This document shows positions 44,558-57,015 of a stretch of DNA of 64,000 nt, one piece after another; positions within the stretch are counted from its first letter, which is position 1; each line of letters starts with the position of its first letter. Source of the DNA: Phoronis australis. Lineage: Eukaryota; Animalia; Phoronida. The stretch lies in contig NMRA01000609.1 in the NCBI GenBank assembly GCA_002633005.1, positions 110,977 to 174,976 on the forward strand, read 5' to 3'. The position numbers and the translations under genes are program-made. The notes under the pieces are model-generated. The model was not told where the DNA came from, made no database searches, and was given only the letters and a program-made list of their open reading frames with translations.

Positions 44558-47324
44558 TAGTCGGTGGGCCAGAATTTGTAGGGCCTCTAGAAAATATAAT
44601 TTTGTGAGTACTTTAGGGGGGCAATTTTATTTTGGTGTTTTTTAATTCATTTATTAGAGTGTTTTCAAAATCTAAAAAGTTCCCACATATAAAGTTGCAA
44701 ATTTTTGAGAAATTTGAGTTTGAAGTTACCTAATAATCACCAAAGAGCTTAGTAAACTTATATTTGTAAAAACAACAGTTTTGGTGACTTTTTGTAAAAC
44801 AAGTAATATGGTCCCATCAGTGTCATTGTATTGAACAATATTACACTCACATTACATGTTTTACTATTGTAGATTACTTGTAAACAGTGAAATTTAAAAA
44901 ATGTAAAGAGACACCTAGTGGCAAAAATGCAAACTAAGTCTGAATGTTACTAGGAAGTTATTCTGGCATTGTCTGGCAACAAAAATAACACACAAAACAC
45001 TTGAGACTGGGCAAAATTTGTGCCTCAATGACTAAAACATTGACTAATGGTGTAAAATACAGCTTGTTTACATAATACACCAGAAATACGTTATAGTACA
45101 AAAACAATATAGTTGAATGATCTCTGTGAATGTGCACACAGACTGTATGAAAATAATAGATTATTCTGACAGCGTTTATCAAGCAGTATGAGACAGATAC
45201 ATGACAATGATCAAAGTATGAAATTTCAATGACTTAATCAACAAATAAACAAGTAATTAACTTTTTAATACAAAAAACGAAATAACGGAGTTGGAGGTCT
45301 ATTTCGGGTTGACTTGTAAAAGAACTATCCAATGTTATGCACTCGGCAGTCAGTGTTGCTGATGTTACTACAGTTGTCACAGCTGCACATTTCTGTACAG
45401 TTTTTATCAGCATTGCAGAACAAACTCAGTTTCCCAGCACACATGTTCTTTTTGCACTTGCAGCGTTCATCGTTTAGTACTGTCAATGGAGATGCGGGCA
45501 TTGCCATACATTTTAACTGCAAAGCTCCACCGCCAAGGAGCCAACTATGGTCGATTAGAGAGGGTACATCATTGCACACTGGTGATTGGCCCGCAGGCAA
45601 TATGGGGTCAAACACTGAGTCCTTGTTTGGAGGCGAGCAAGATTTGGGAAACGTTTGACTCAAAATATGATATAATGGGCTGTAGTTAACCCTAATTTAA
45701 CATTTAACTATGAGTGAGTTGGCATGCAATTTTTTTCAGACGGACTTATCAGGAACTGATCCACCACCAGCCTAACAAATTTACATGGCGTCTGATCTGT
45801 CGCCTAAAAATGTTGATTGCCTAATAATTAGATTAGTTGATGCAACTGAAAATAAATCAGCTGATATACCAGTGCAGTAATTGAAAGTTATTTTTTTTAA
45901 ATCAGATGCTCAGACCATAGTCAATCGATTTACACTTAAGGTAATCAACGTTTGACGAAATGGACAGTGGCCTCCATCGTCCTCAAATTACGACGGCGAC
46001 GATGGCCACTTAGGGACTTTAATTTAATTATCATTTCAGCTACCTAAGTAATTAATGTTTACAAAAAATTGTGAAGAGGTTCCCCCTATCCCAGGACTAC
46101 GGCAGGGGATGACGGCCACTTGGGCATGTTGTTTGCAACCATCTACTCCATTTAACCTTCTCAAAAATTTTTTACTTAAAGTGCTTTAAAATCACACCCA
46201 CAGTATAACGCCATATGATTATCCCTTAGCGCAGGCAGTGTCGATATGGCAACTGAACAACGGAGTGTTCGGAAAACAGGATTGCAGGAGTATTTGTTTA
46301 AACTGGGAACAAATGAAAACATTAACGACCTCCTCAGAGGCATTTCTCTACGCGGAACTTCTAAACTTATAGGAACATAATTTTCCGAAAAGCATCTGGC
46401 ATATGGAGTACCTATGGTATGATCACCGTCTCTACTGGGTCAGCGGTATTGTCTAAGGCCTAGGCAGCCAAGGGGCTGAACAATTACAAAAACAACCGGT
46501 GATAATACTGAAACATACATGGAAAACACCAAGATATACCTTTCAAAAACACGTACCTGTTTTTCAAAGCTATACTTCATTCTCTTTCTTGAAATATGGT
46601 CCATAATATACTTTTCCTGCTAACAAATGATGCACTCATGTTTCAGAAGGTTCCTGTCTTATTCAGGTTAATTGGGTGTTTCAGATTTTGGAGGTATAAT
46701 TGATTTTCTTGGGAAACCTTGAATAACATCTGTATCACTTTCAGCAACTTCAGCTTTAGTACTACTGCTAGTGCCTTGAAACGTTGCTATGCCGTTCTAT
46801 GTCCTTTCAATTTTTTGGTCTGACACTTGGTCTTCTAGTCTACAGCACTCAGCAGTATACTGTGTAGGCTATACCAGGACATGCAGCTGTTTTCTGCACA
46901 AACGTTTGTGACACCTCTTCTTTTTGATCTACTGATCTACAGAGTTCCACAGTCCATCAGCTTTCGTCAGGAAGCTTTCCTAAGCTTCTTTAGGCTCTGG
47001 TATCACAATTTTGTGCTGTTTGATAAACCTTGAATTATACAGGCATCACACTCCATGGGAAGCAGCCATATTGAAGTAACTAAGCACAACAATGCAATCT
47101 GGATCTCTGATTTTTCAATTTAATAGAAAAGCGCCACCAAGTGGAAGGAACGTGCATAACATTTTGTGCAACAAAAACACCTTTTTTAAAAAAATGTGCA
47201 AGTGTAGACGTGGGAACTTTTTGAAATTTGATTTATAGGTATATTATCTAGCCAGATAGAAAAAACTAGGTCCCCCCCAAAGTACTCACAAGGCTGAACG
47301 CTATGAGATCTGGCCCACCGACTA
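44558..47324 (-). mobile_element. 2.8-kb internally deleted Academ-like DNA transposon
   Basis: Perfect 16-bp TIRs TAGTCGGTGGGCCAGA / TCTGGCCCACCGACTA, subterminal inverted block ttgtgagtacttt.gggggg, 3-bp TSD ATA, and a transposase Cys-tail remnant at 45325-45560. Confidence 0.85.
45325..45570 (-). pseudogene. Academ-like transposase C-terminal Cys-rich (CXC-like) remnant
   Basis: HSWLLGGGALQLKCMAMPASPLTVLNDERCKCKKNMCAGKLSLFCNADKNCTEMCSCDNCSN: W...G.L...M..PA.P..L...CxC...C...CT..CxC..CxN pattern. Confidence 0.75.
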
Positions 47325-48019
47325 ATACAACAAATTAGTTCGTTTCAATTTTGTGATCAGGTTACGTTAAGGTGAAGATTTGAGCCTTAAAGTGAAAAGT
47401 AATTGCGACATCTGTCGTGGATTGCATAAACTACTTTTAGTCAGTATTTATCCGGCGTTGATATGAAACATTGCCGCAGGTGGGGCAAGTTGCATTAGTC
47501 AAAGCAGTGTCCAGACAGCTCCCACGCTTGTCCCAGGAGTAAGTTGTTCTTGGGTACGTCTAAATGTGGACGGCACTATACACGTGTTCATTGACTTTTT
47601 GCAGATATTAATAGTCCTGGCCGTTTCAAAAAAACAGACTTTGCTAAGACGAATCTTAAACGTATTTACTAAGTCAATTTTATGTTAAAACTTAAATAAT
47701 TAAGTTCGCTTCAAGAAGGTGATCTTAACTTTGACTTAAGTTTTTTACTTATTAAAAGTTCTGTCATAAGTTTGACCAGGATGTCATGCCTTCCTAGTTT
47801 GACGTAACTTACCGGAAGTTTAGAGGTTGAGACAAATCATAGAAAAAAATGTAAAAAATGAATTTGATTTTTATGTGAGCAAAAATCCTCCACTACACAG
47901 CTAATGCATTGTACACTACACGGTGCGTATTCTACTGCGTAGTTGCGCAGAGGTGGTTTTTTGAGAAGTTTTGCATCTCCTACATTTCAACGCAAAGCAT
48001 GCATCATAAAAAGGAAGGA

Positions 48020-48591
48020 CGGGCCATTTTTCGTTTTTTCATTGATAAAAGTCATTTAAGAGGCATGGAACGTGAGACCTCGTCAAAAATATCTTTTAAC
48101 AATTCCTGACGAAAGTACCATCCCGCACAGAGTAATTCAATTTCCCTGTGATGAAATTTCCAGCATAAAATCGCAAAATTCATGTTATTTGAAATTAGCG
48201 CGAAGGAAAAACTCCGTGGTTACCACTAATTTTCTAATCTCCTTCCCACTTATGATAGATGCACACATGCGCTCACAGTCAGTTTCTTAAAGTCACTTTA
48301 GGTCAAAGTTCACATTTTCCATTTAAGGGAAATGTGTACGTCTATGTCTTGGCATTCCAAACAAGCAGACGTGCGTTGCTTTGTGGGTACAATTGACGAA
48401 GTGGCGAGCAGCAGACAGATCGTTTTGTTGAGATTTGAAGTTAAAAGGAAAATACTTTGATGTAAACATAAATTAAAAATCTTTTTGAACAAACCCTAAA
48501 AACACCTGGTGTCAAGGTTGAATTCTGTTTCAGTGGCAGAGAACCACTTTCAACGTTGCAATTTAGTTTGTTAATCGCGTTCCTGGCCTCT
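48020..48591. mobile_element. TTAA-terminated repeat, second copy (lacks the internal insert)
   Basis: Homology blocks shared with 30870-32281. Confidence 0.7.
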
Positions 48592-49054
48592 TTAATAGAC
48601 CTTCCACGAGATCATATTATTTGTGTTGTCAGATTGCCACTGATAATGTCATTGATGTGTCGCGTGCCAAACTCTAAAAATAGTTTCAGTTTGTCGTCAC
48701 AGTTGACCTACTAAAGATGTACACCCTTGTAAAAAACAGTATATATTCAAATTTCTTTCTAAAGATAAATTCAGTTTTTGAAACTTTATGGCTAGCCTCT
48801 CTTTCGAAACGGTTGCTGAGGCGTTTGTAACGATGTTCACCTCAAAAGTAGGTTTTGATTGCAAACTTAATGGGCCGCTAAGATGCTGAACCTAACCATG
48901 ACGCTACTCTCACCACTCCGCCCTTTCCATCACAACCTAGTCTTTTAACTCATGGATTTGTCCACCCCATGTGAAAGTTCGTCCCTCCCATTTCTCCCCG
49001 TTCTACCCATCGGAAAGTCTGTTCTACCCATAGGTGGTTCGAGCTCGTCACCAG

Positions 49055-49566
49055 CACAAGGGGGGAATCAACAATTGGTCGGACTCCAAAACCACTTGCC
49101 CGGACTTCAAAACCAGCTGACTGGACTGCAAAAACCAATGGCCGGTGTTCTAACTAGGTGTTTGGACCTCAAAACAGGTTGGCAACACCCAAAAAAACTG
49201 TTTGGCCGGATCTAAAATGGGTTGACCGGTGCTCAGACATAATGGCCGAATAAATCGACGATTCGAAACAAAACAAACAAACGGGTACAAAAAATAAACA
49301 CTAGATGTCAATTGAATCCTTAAAAACATTCAAAGCGAGTCTGAGGAAGTCCGGCGTCGTGTTATCACCGGCAAACTAGTTATAGCACCGGCTATCGTGT
49401 TTTGGGTACATCCAAATAATTTTCTGGTTGAGACCATCTCGTTCTGAAGTCCGGACAGCACCTTTGATCATTTGATCACCGGCCATTTGGTTTTGCAGTC
49501 TAGCCGACTAGTCCGAGCAAGTGGTTTTGAAGTCCGACCATTCGTTGATTCCCCCCCCCCCTTTGC
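49055..49566. mobile_element. MITE with about 90-bp TIRs and internal ~21-bp subrepeats, possible 5-bp TSD ACCAG
   Basis: aagggggaatcaac.a.tggtcggact.caaaaccacttgc.cggact is mirrored at 49478-49566; accag on both flanks. Confidence 0.75.
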
Positions 49567-50672
49567 ACCAGTTACTTGAGTTTTGGCTTGAAAAATAATA
49601 GTCACATCGCGCCTTATATTTCGATGCTTACCTGTGCAGGGTGTCAAAAGTGAACAATACGTTTGTTTCAAAACATGGAAAATGGTGTCGTTTGGTTAGT
49701 TGAGCAACTAAACTTAGGTTTGGTCAGAGTGAGGGCGGGTCGTGTTGGAATAATCCATTAGTGTGATTACTCTCTCAATGAAGTGTGCGCGGGGTAGTTT
49801 GGCTGAATACTCGCATTCCCTACCGGCAATCTGATGTTCCACCTTGCGCGTTTTTCGCTAAATCGGCATGGGATTTTACAGTTATTACTCAAGTCCGTAA
49901 GACCAGGCTGCCGGTTACAATTACACGTACAAGTTCATTCTAATATCTAGGTGTTTATGTGTTCGTATATTCAACATTGCTAACAGTGTTTTGCTCAATT
50001 ACCTAAGTTGGTTTTATTGGCCAAGACTCGAATTTTTTCCAGAAAGTTAAACGGCACAATATTTCCATTGAGAACAGCCTTGGTGACTTCTTTGAATATT
50101 AAACACTCTGATCAGAGCTCGGTGGTTTCTTTTGTTCTAGAACGGTCGAGCTAAACGAGTTAGAAAAGTCAGCCAATCGTGAAAAACGGAATTTACGTCG
50201 AACAGAATCCTCCAATGAGCGCATAAATCACATTGTTCTTTGGCGCACTAATAGGTCTTATGGGAAACCTTTAGAGCATTCGGTGTAAAAGTGAGTTTTG
50301 GCATTCAGATTAATTTGTAAAACGCCACTAGGATTATCTAGGTCTTCGCAGCGTACCATGGTATGCTATTGTCTGATTGGTTCCCTGCCTAAACGCTGTA
50401 GATGGCGCGACAGGGCTACAGGTTTGGTCAGGAAACTCGACTGCGATCAGTAAGTAACGTTTTTGCTTCTGGTACATGACATAGTGATACGCGCGAAGAA
50501 GTAGGTAAACGTTGAACTATTCTGGAAAATGTGGTGTTATCACGTGTTTTCAGTGTTGACTGACGTACAAGGTGTGGCAGTAGCTGATAGGGGACTGGGG
50601 AGCCAACCACGTATTTTCATGTTGGTTTGATTGGTATTTTTGATGTTCGCTAAATTTCCTCGCGTTCCATAG

Positions 50673-51485
50673 GTCACTCCGGCAATGACGTTCGCAGCCC
50701 GAATTATTCCCCGCCTTGTTTTTGATTTGCGCGACGGTCACTGTCAACTTCTGTTGATTGCATACTATTTTCCAAACATTGCCATAATTATTTGTCTTCT
50801 TCGAATGTTCTCGGACAATTCTACACAGAACTACACCTCTGCAGATTGGGATTTGGCCATTGATCAGCATTGAACCGGGGTAAATAGCTGGAATCCGGCG
50901 ACGCCTACAAAAACACGAATCGTGTACATGTACACCGTGGAGCTGTATTGGTTGGTGGCCTTGGACGCAGTCGATGAGTGACACCAACCTCGTGGTCTTA
51001 TATCACTACAGAGGCTAAAGCTTTTCGACGTTTCAAAATAAAATAACACTTGTAGCAGGTGGCGAAGGACCAGAGAAGGGCATCTTCAGTTTAAAAGGCA
51101 CTTTCATGATCTTTGGGTACATGATCCTCTCGCAAACCCACGGTAAGAAATGTTTCCCACACACCCGATTGTTCTGCACAGCTTTGTAGCCTTGGAGTGA
51201 AAGGGCAACGCCACATTCTTGGCACCAACGAGCCAACTCCGAAGTATTTCAGCTGTTACCCGTTGGAAGTGGGCGAAGCGGAACTCATGGTCTCTTTGAA
51301 TGCGCATGATGCTTGCATCTCGATACGCAACAGGTACCAGGCATACCTAAAAAGACTCAGGGAAAGACAAATAACGGTCTAACCTGTAACGTACTCAATG
51401 ACGTTTACGATGTGAAACACAGTCTGAGGCGCGTGTATGGCTGGCGGGGAATGATTCGGGCCGCGAACGTCACATCCGGTGAGAC
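50673..51485 (-). mobile_element. TIR element carrying a decayed THAP zinc-finger ORF
   Basis: 43-bp imperfect TIRs (TGACGTTCGC.GCCCGAAT.ATTCCCCGCC) at 50673-50715 and 51443-51485. Confidence 0.75.
51060..51344 (-). pseudogene. Frameshifted THAP domain
   Basis: MPGTCCVSRCK.../FRFAHF/PT...LARWCQECG...NNRVCGKHFLP..ERIM..IM..PFKLK/DA: the C2CH THAP signature with F-P, W and C..HF. Confidence 0.75.
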
Positions 51486-51821
51486 GCTTCCGTAATTAAT
51501 TAGAGTCCGGAGGAATTCAGTTCACTAGAAAATTTATCTAGAATAATCAAAAATTCCTATTTTAACCAGAAATGGCTCTAAAAACGGTTGCCTTCCCAAA
51601 AAAGCACAATTGGTTGTGGTCTCATGTTATAATCGAGTCGGTCGTGAGGTATTTCTAGTTGCTCATTTGTACCTGAGACGAGCAAAACTGACACTGGATA
51701 TTTTGCTTATATATTGGCGTTTCAAACCTTACCTGTCCTTGCTTACGTGCTTTTGTGTAGCTCTTCAAAAAACCACCTGATATTGGCTGAAACTGATGTG
51801 GGCGGTTAGCACAGGGTACCA

Positions 51822-51967
51822 TTCAGTAACGCTAGGACGTCGCTAAAAAGCAAGACTTCGCAAGATTACATGAGATATTGCCATGTATTTTAAATAAGAA
51901 CACGTGATTTTGGCTGGATTTTAGCTATGCCTAGCGTATGTGCTAGCGTTACTAAACTCTACCCAGG
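51822..51967 (+). mobile_element. About 150-bp MITE family, copy 3
   Basis: ttcagtaacgctaggacgtcgctaaaaagcaagacttcg...ctagcgttact. Confidence 0.82.
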
Positions 51968-52400
51968 TCTAAACATGAGTTGGGTGGAGACCTGAACCAG
52001 CTTTGGTTTTTTCGCCTAGCAGTCTTCCTCAGTTAACGAAGAGACTTTGGAAAAGTATTAGACAGAGTTTGACAATAACACCAATATGATGACATTGTGT
52101 ATAATTGAGTGCGAATACGTTTCTCTCAGAACTAATGATCCCTCTTGAACTTACAACTGTTGAAAAATGCTGTTGCCGTCATGTCATGTTGTCAGCTTGA
52201 TGAACTATGGCCAATGATGAGATATGTGGGACAAGCTAATTATCGTGCACCGTAGCTGGTTGGCAGCAACGTGAAAATTCTAGAAATTGTGCAATGTGCT
52301 TGGGGACTAGCCGGAAGATAAAGAGCTTATAAGGTTAACATGGCCGCAATATAGCCAGCACTGGCGTATCATTGAAGGGACAGTAAACACGTCTTCGGCA

Positions 52401-53200
52401 TGGAAAGCCAAACCGGAAAAATCCCATGACCCATATTTTCTATTCAGGAATTAAAATCTCAGGAAGAAAAAAACAACTCAGTACCAGAATTTATCTAGCA
52501 AGGACCTATGATTTATCACGTCAGGACCGAAATTTAGCACGAGAGGGTCGAAAATTTATCACTTCAAGACAGAAAATTTATCACGTGAGAACAGAGATTT
52601 TTATGCCAGGAGACCACGTGACCATTCACTATCCGACTAGGACAATCCGCTGGGTCTCTGTAATACTCAGGCGTATTCAAGTCTATTGTGTCCAAAAGGC
52701 TAAGTGTTCCTTGGCTTCTGGTGGAAGAGACAAAAGAAATTCAATCTCATTGTCACGATAATAATAATATGACTGTCGTTGGTGACAACGCTTAACCCGT
52801 GAATTCCTAGTACCGACGTTATCACTTTGAGGGATTGACGCTTGTGGATGGGCACGCGGTCTCCTGGAATGAAAATTTTCTGGCGTGATAAATTTCCTGT
52901 CCTGACGTATTAAGTATTCGATCCTGGCGTGTTTAATTTTGGTCCTGGAGTATTAAATTTTTGGTCCTGACATGATAATTTATAGGTCCTGACGTGATAA
53001 ATTTTGGCCTTGATTTATTTTTTTGTGGTCTTGCAGAGTAAAATTATTGTTTTCCACAGTTTTTAATTCTTACATAAGTGAAAGTTGTGGTTTTGAGGTA
53101 TATATTTTTGGTCCTGCAGAATAAAAATGACATTCTGGCCTGTTTTTAAATCTTGCATAGAAAATGCGCGTCCTGGAATTATTTCCGCTTTGGCTTTGCA
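52401..53200. mobile_element. Foldback-type element: long TIRs made of ~21-bp tandem subrepeats
   Basis: Ends aaagccaaa.cggaaa mirrored; subrepeat aatttatcacgtcaggacc on the left and ggtcctgacgtgataaatt on the right; inner mirrored ccaggagacc.cgtg.ccat. Confidence 0.8.
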
Positions 53201-55532
53201 CACTTTGGTGGTCAAGAAATAACTCTTGATTTAGTGCCACCTTCCGTTATTAAGTTGGTTTCAAATTGTTCCTTATCCGGATGAGGAATGATTTCCGTGC
53301 TATGGGACAGCCAGTTCAGTAGTGCTTGAGACAATGTTTGTAACCTAAAATGACAAGTCGTGACAAGCGAACTTATCGAGTCTGATCTCAAGCGAAAATC
53401 TGATGAACTGTCGTTTCTTACAACTTCAGGGCGCGCCTCTAATCCAAACAAGGAACGAGTTATTAGCAGGACTACTCGATAAGTGTTCTGTATCAAAAAC
53501 ATTGTTACTAAAGACAGGTTTATAGCCCCTTTCACTTTTGACCCCGTGAAATAAAGATCCAAGATAAATCGACCTCAACTTTTTGAAAAATGAATTAAGG
53601 GTGTTTTTAACGTTTTAAATGACCCCGCGTCGTTTTAAGGGGGTCTGAAATTAACGTGAACAACTTAGCAAAATTACGCGGGAGAGACGAGAATGTTTAG
53701 TAGATAAGCGACACTTTAAAAATTGTTCCGGCCAGTCAGCGTGAAAAGGTTATCCCGTGTATTGTTTTACCTTTAAAGTATAGTTTCTCCGAAAAGGGGG
53801 TTTGGTCGTGGCAAGGAGGCTCAAGCTTACGTTCGGTGTGGGTTGCAGTATCGAGAGAAATTTTCACCCCTCGGTCGATAAAATTTTCGCTCCCCTCCCC
53901 CCCATTCCCTATCCTCGGTCGACACAGGGTCCTAAATAACGTGGGGGTGTCCTGTAGTTTAGTGGATTATTCGACACTTTTCATTGCTCGAACAATCACC
54001 TTCTCACGAGTCTTTCCTCCAGATTGCGCACGCAGATCTCTCGGAGGTCAGTGACTTACGCGCATTGAACAACCACTGGTTACGTCATACTTGCTCCACA
54101 GATGATACAGAAGCGAGCTGGATCGAAGATAAATGTTCCGTTGTTAATTTTTGGTATTGAGATACATACGACTATTGGCTGTAATTATAAGAAAACATGT
54201 TTTACATCTACAAGGTCAATAACTTTATTAACCATATGACCTTTAACCAGTAATTTTAAATCCAATGATTGAAATCGCACTTTGATATATGTGACGTTAT
54301 TTGACTAATGCCGGTAATTCTAAATCAGGAAATGTTTAAATATGGTCAATGGTATTTACAAGCACCTAAGGACTCGTACATCACAACATCATTTTACACG
54401 GCTGGTATCATGGTGTAAGTGTCAACCTCTCGTGAATCGAAATATAAATCAACTAACATTGAAATTAAGAGTGAATGATGTCTGCGAAGGAGTGATTAGC
54501 GAGATTAAATGTTGACAATCAACGAGATTTTATAAATCATTGTGTGTCTTAAGACAGTTGACGATTTTGAATGACAGTGGTCGAACTTGTGTAAGTAAGT
54601 TTTAGATCACAAATCACGTGTTTTTGGTTAAGAATTACTTTTCACAACATTTTAATTCGTAAAACTGTTAGAGAGAAATTGCACCCTACTCAGTACGTTC
54701 ACCACAGCTACCTAAAAATCATGATTTTGTTGCTTATGTGCTATTTTTAATGCATTAAGTCATTACTTTAATTTCAGTACTTTAGACATTGACGTTCTGT
54801 CTTGTTTTGTTTCATTTATTTTTCGTCTTTAGTGGTCTCAGGACCGCCGCCAGGTGGGACGAACCAGCTGATCTGTTTCAAGAAGAGATTTGTAACAGGA
54901 AATTTTCTTGTTTGCTAAGCAACTCGTTATAACGAGTTTGCAACGTTAAATGAATTGTCAACTCATTACAATGTTCTGTAAGCCATTATAACGGAGTTAA
55001 CGTTACTGCACTCCCGTCATTGAGTAAAAACGCCCCAAAAAGCACTTCTAACAGTAAAAAGTCGAGGCAAGATTTGTTATGGTCTCTCTCCGGTGTCATC
55101 TCCTTAGAGGTCGACTTGAAATGACCCGCCATTCTGCTCTGCTCTTTGTCTTTCTGGTACATTCTTGCAGTGATAGATTCGTCCAGTCTTTAATGTGGTC
55201 CAGCCACATTCTACATGTACGTTGTCTACCTCTTGCTCTCACCTCTTATGGTAACTCGTCTCAATCAAAACGTCTGTTTTTAACGGAATGCGCGTACGCA
55301 GCCGCTTTTAAGATATAAATCGTTAGATGGTGCTGTTTAATCTATATTATTCGTGTTCATGCTGTACCTGCTTAGTGTTCGCTTCTGTCACATCCCTCGT
55401 GGAGGATGTTTGAATCTTTCATTTGGATGTGTGAACGTATACTCAACACTATGCCACGCTGCTCCCATGGGTTATGTAACTTAGTTGACGTCATAACATC
55501 CGGTCATTCCGATTGGTTTGATGCTCTGCTAA

Positions 55533-56050
55533 GGTTACGTAAGGTCTTAGAAAAATGCTCAAACTTGGAACATTATATCTCAGCAATGACTGACCATATT
55601 CATATGAAACTTTCAGATACTATGGTTTACGCACTGTTCTCAAATACGCTGTTTGGAGTTGTTTTAGAAATGCTCCATTACTGCAAAAGTGCCATCAAAA
55701 GGAGGACTGTCGTGAAAAATCTTTACTTTCATAAAACGAAAAAGGAAATAATTTAGAGAACTGTATCACCATTTTTTTGACATTTTATCTAGAACATTTA
55801 CACCAAATGAAATGGTCATGTTGTTGACATATCATTGTTTTGTTATTAATGTGCATTTTGGTTTTGTTAAATTTTACCAAAAAGATGTGGTCACGTGACT
55901 CTCAATCAACGACAGATTGTCAAAAAGTTAATAATCAAATCCTACAGACTTTCCCTTTAATGAAATATATACATATATATAGTTTTGCAGTTATTCGGTT
56001 AAATGCACGGCATTTTTGACTAAGGTCAAAAATTAAGCTTTTCTAATAGA
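55533..56050. mobile_element. Diverged copy of the GGTTA/TTAA family
   Basis: ctaa|ggttacgtaaggtc, ggaacattatatctcag, atttagagaactg, ggtcacgtgac; right boundary approximate. Confidence 0.5.
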
Positions 56051-56960
56051 ACGATTTGAACAATGGTTGGAATGTCATTTAAGGAATGTCACAGTTGCAC
56101 ACCTGTTACGTAGCCGCTTCTACTGAGCCATCAACTTGTCAAGGAGTATCTCATTAGTCATTTTTATCAAGACAACTTGCTATAATCACGCATTGACGTC
56201 CTTGAGAGATTTTTCCGTCAAACACACCTACGGATCACGAATTTCTAACTTTTCCGCTTCATATCTGGACTATTTGTTAACGACAGTCATCAAACCAATA
56301 TTGACTTTTTCGCAGTAAAATTTGTGGGATATCTGCAATGGATCGTGGGTCACCGGGCAGCCAGCTAGAATGAAACTAATCAATAAAACCAAAAAACGAA
56401 CACTCAAGTTTGCAGCCAACAGATGGCGAGGAACGTGTATATCCTACAATTCTCTAACCATGCAATGGCAGTCAGACGACCCACACGCAGAACAGTTTCG
56501 TTTCTTTTCTGCTAATGGTAAAGATGAGGAAAATCTAATATGTGTTTCAAAAAGTGCATTGTATTCAATACCTTAATTTCCTACATGCTGAAATCTTTGC
56601 CTTGTTTTGTATACCACCAATTGGCACAAAATCTTGACACGCCTCCAGCTGAGCATCGGCCGTACTTATTTCCTTTGCCGAAAGGCTTTCGTCGATCTAC
56701 AGTTGACCAATATGACCACGGATCCCCACTAAATTTTAAAGCGTGTACGTAAACCTGGGTGCAGAGAAACTGTTCGATTTAGAGTACTTTTATAGATATA
56801 AACCTAATTTCAGCTTGTTCCTTACTGAGATAAGAAGTGGTTTTTTGGACTGGAAAGGATCGACAGTTCGTTATTTTTTATTTTAATGAGAATATATAAA
56901 TATCATATACACAAGGGTAAATACATGTGCATTATTTGAAATAAGTACAAATAATAGTAT

Positions 56961-56965
56961 ACACA

Positions 56966-57012
<47 letters not shown>
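56961..57012. repeat. (CA)n microsatellite
   Basis: Seen directly in the sequence. Confidence 0.97.

Positions 57013-57015
<3 letters not shown>

Noticed and set aside
45325-45663. Host tesmin/metallothionein-like Cys-rich gene
   Set aside because: It lies within TIRs, and the upstream W..G.L..M..PA.P context fits a transposase tail; several expected Cys are lost.
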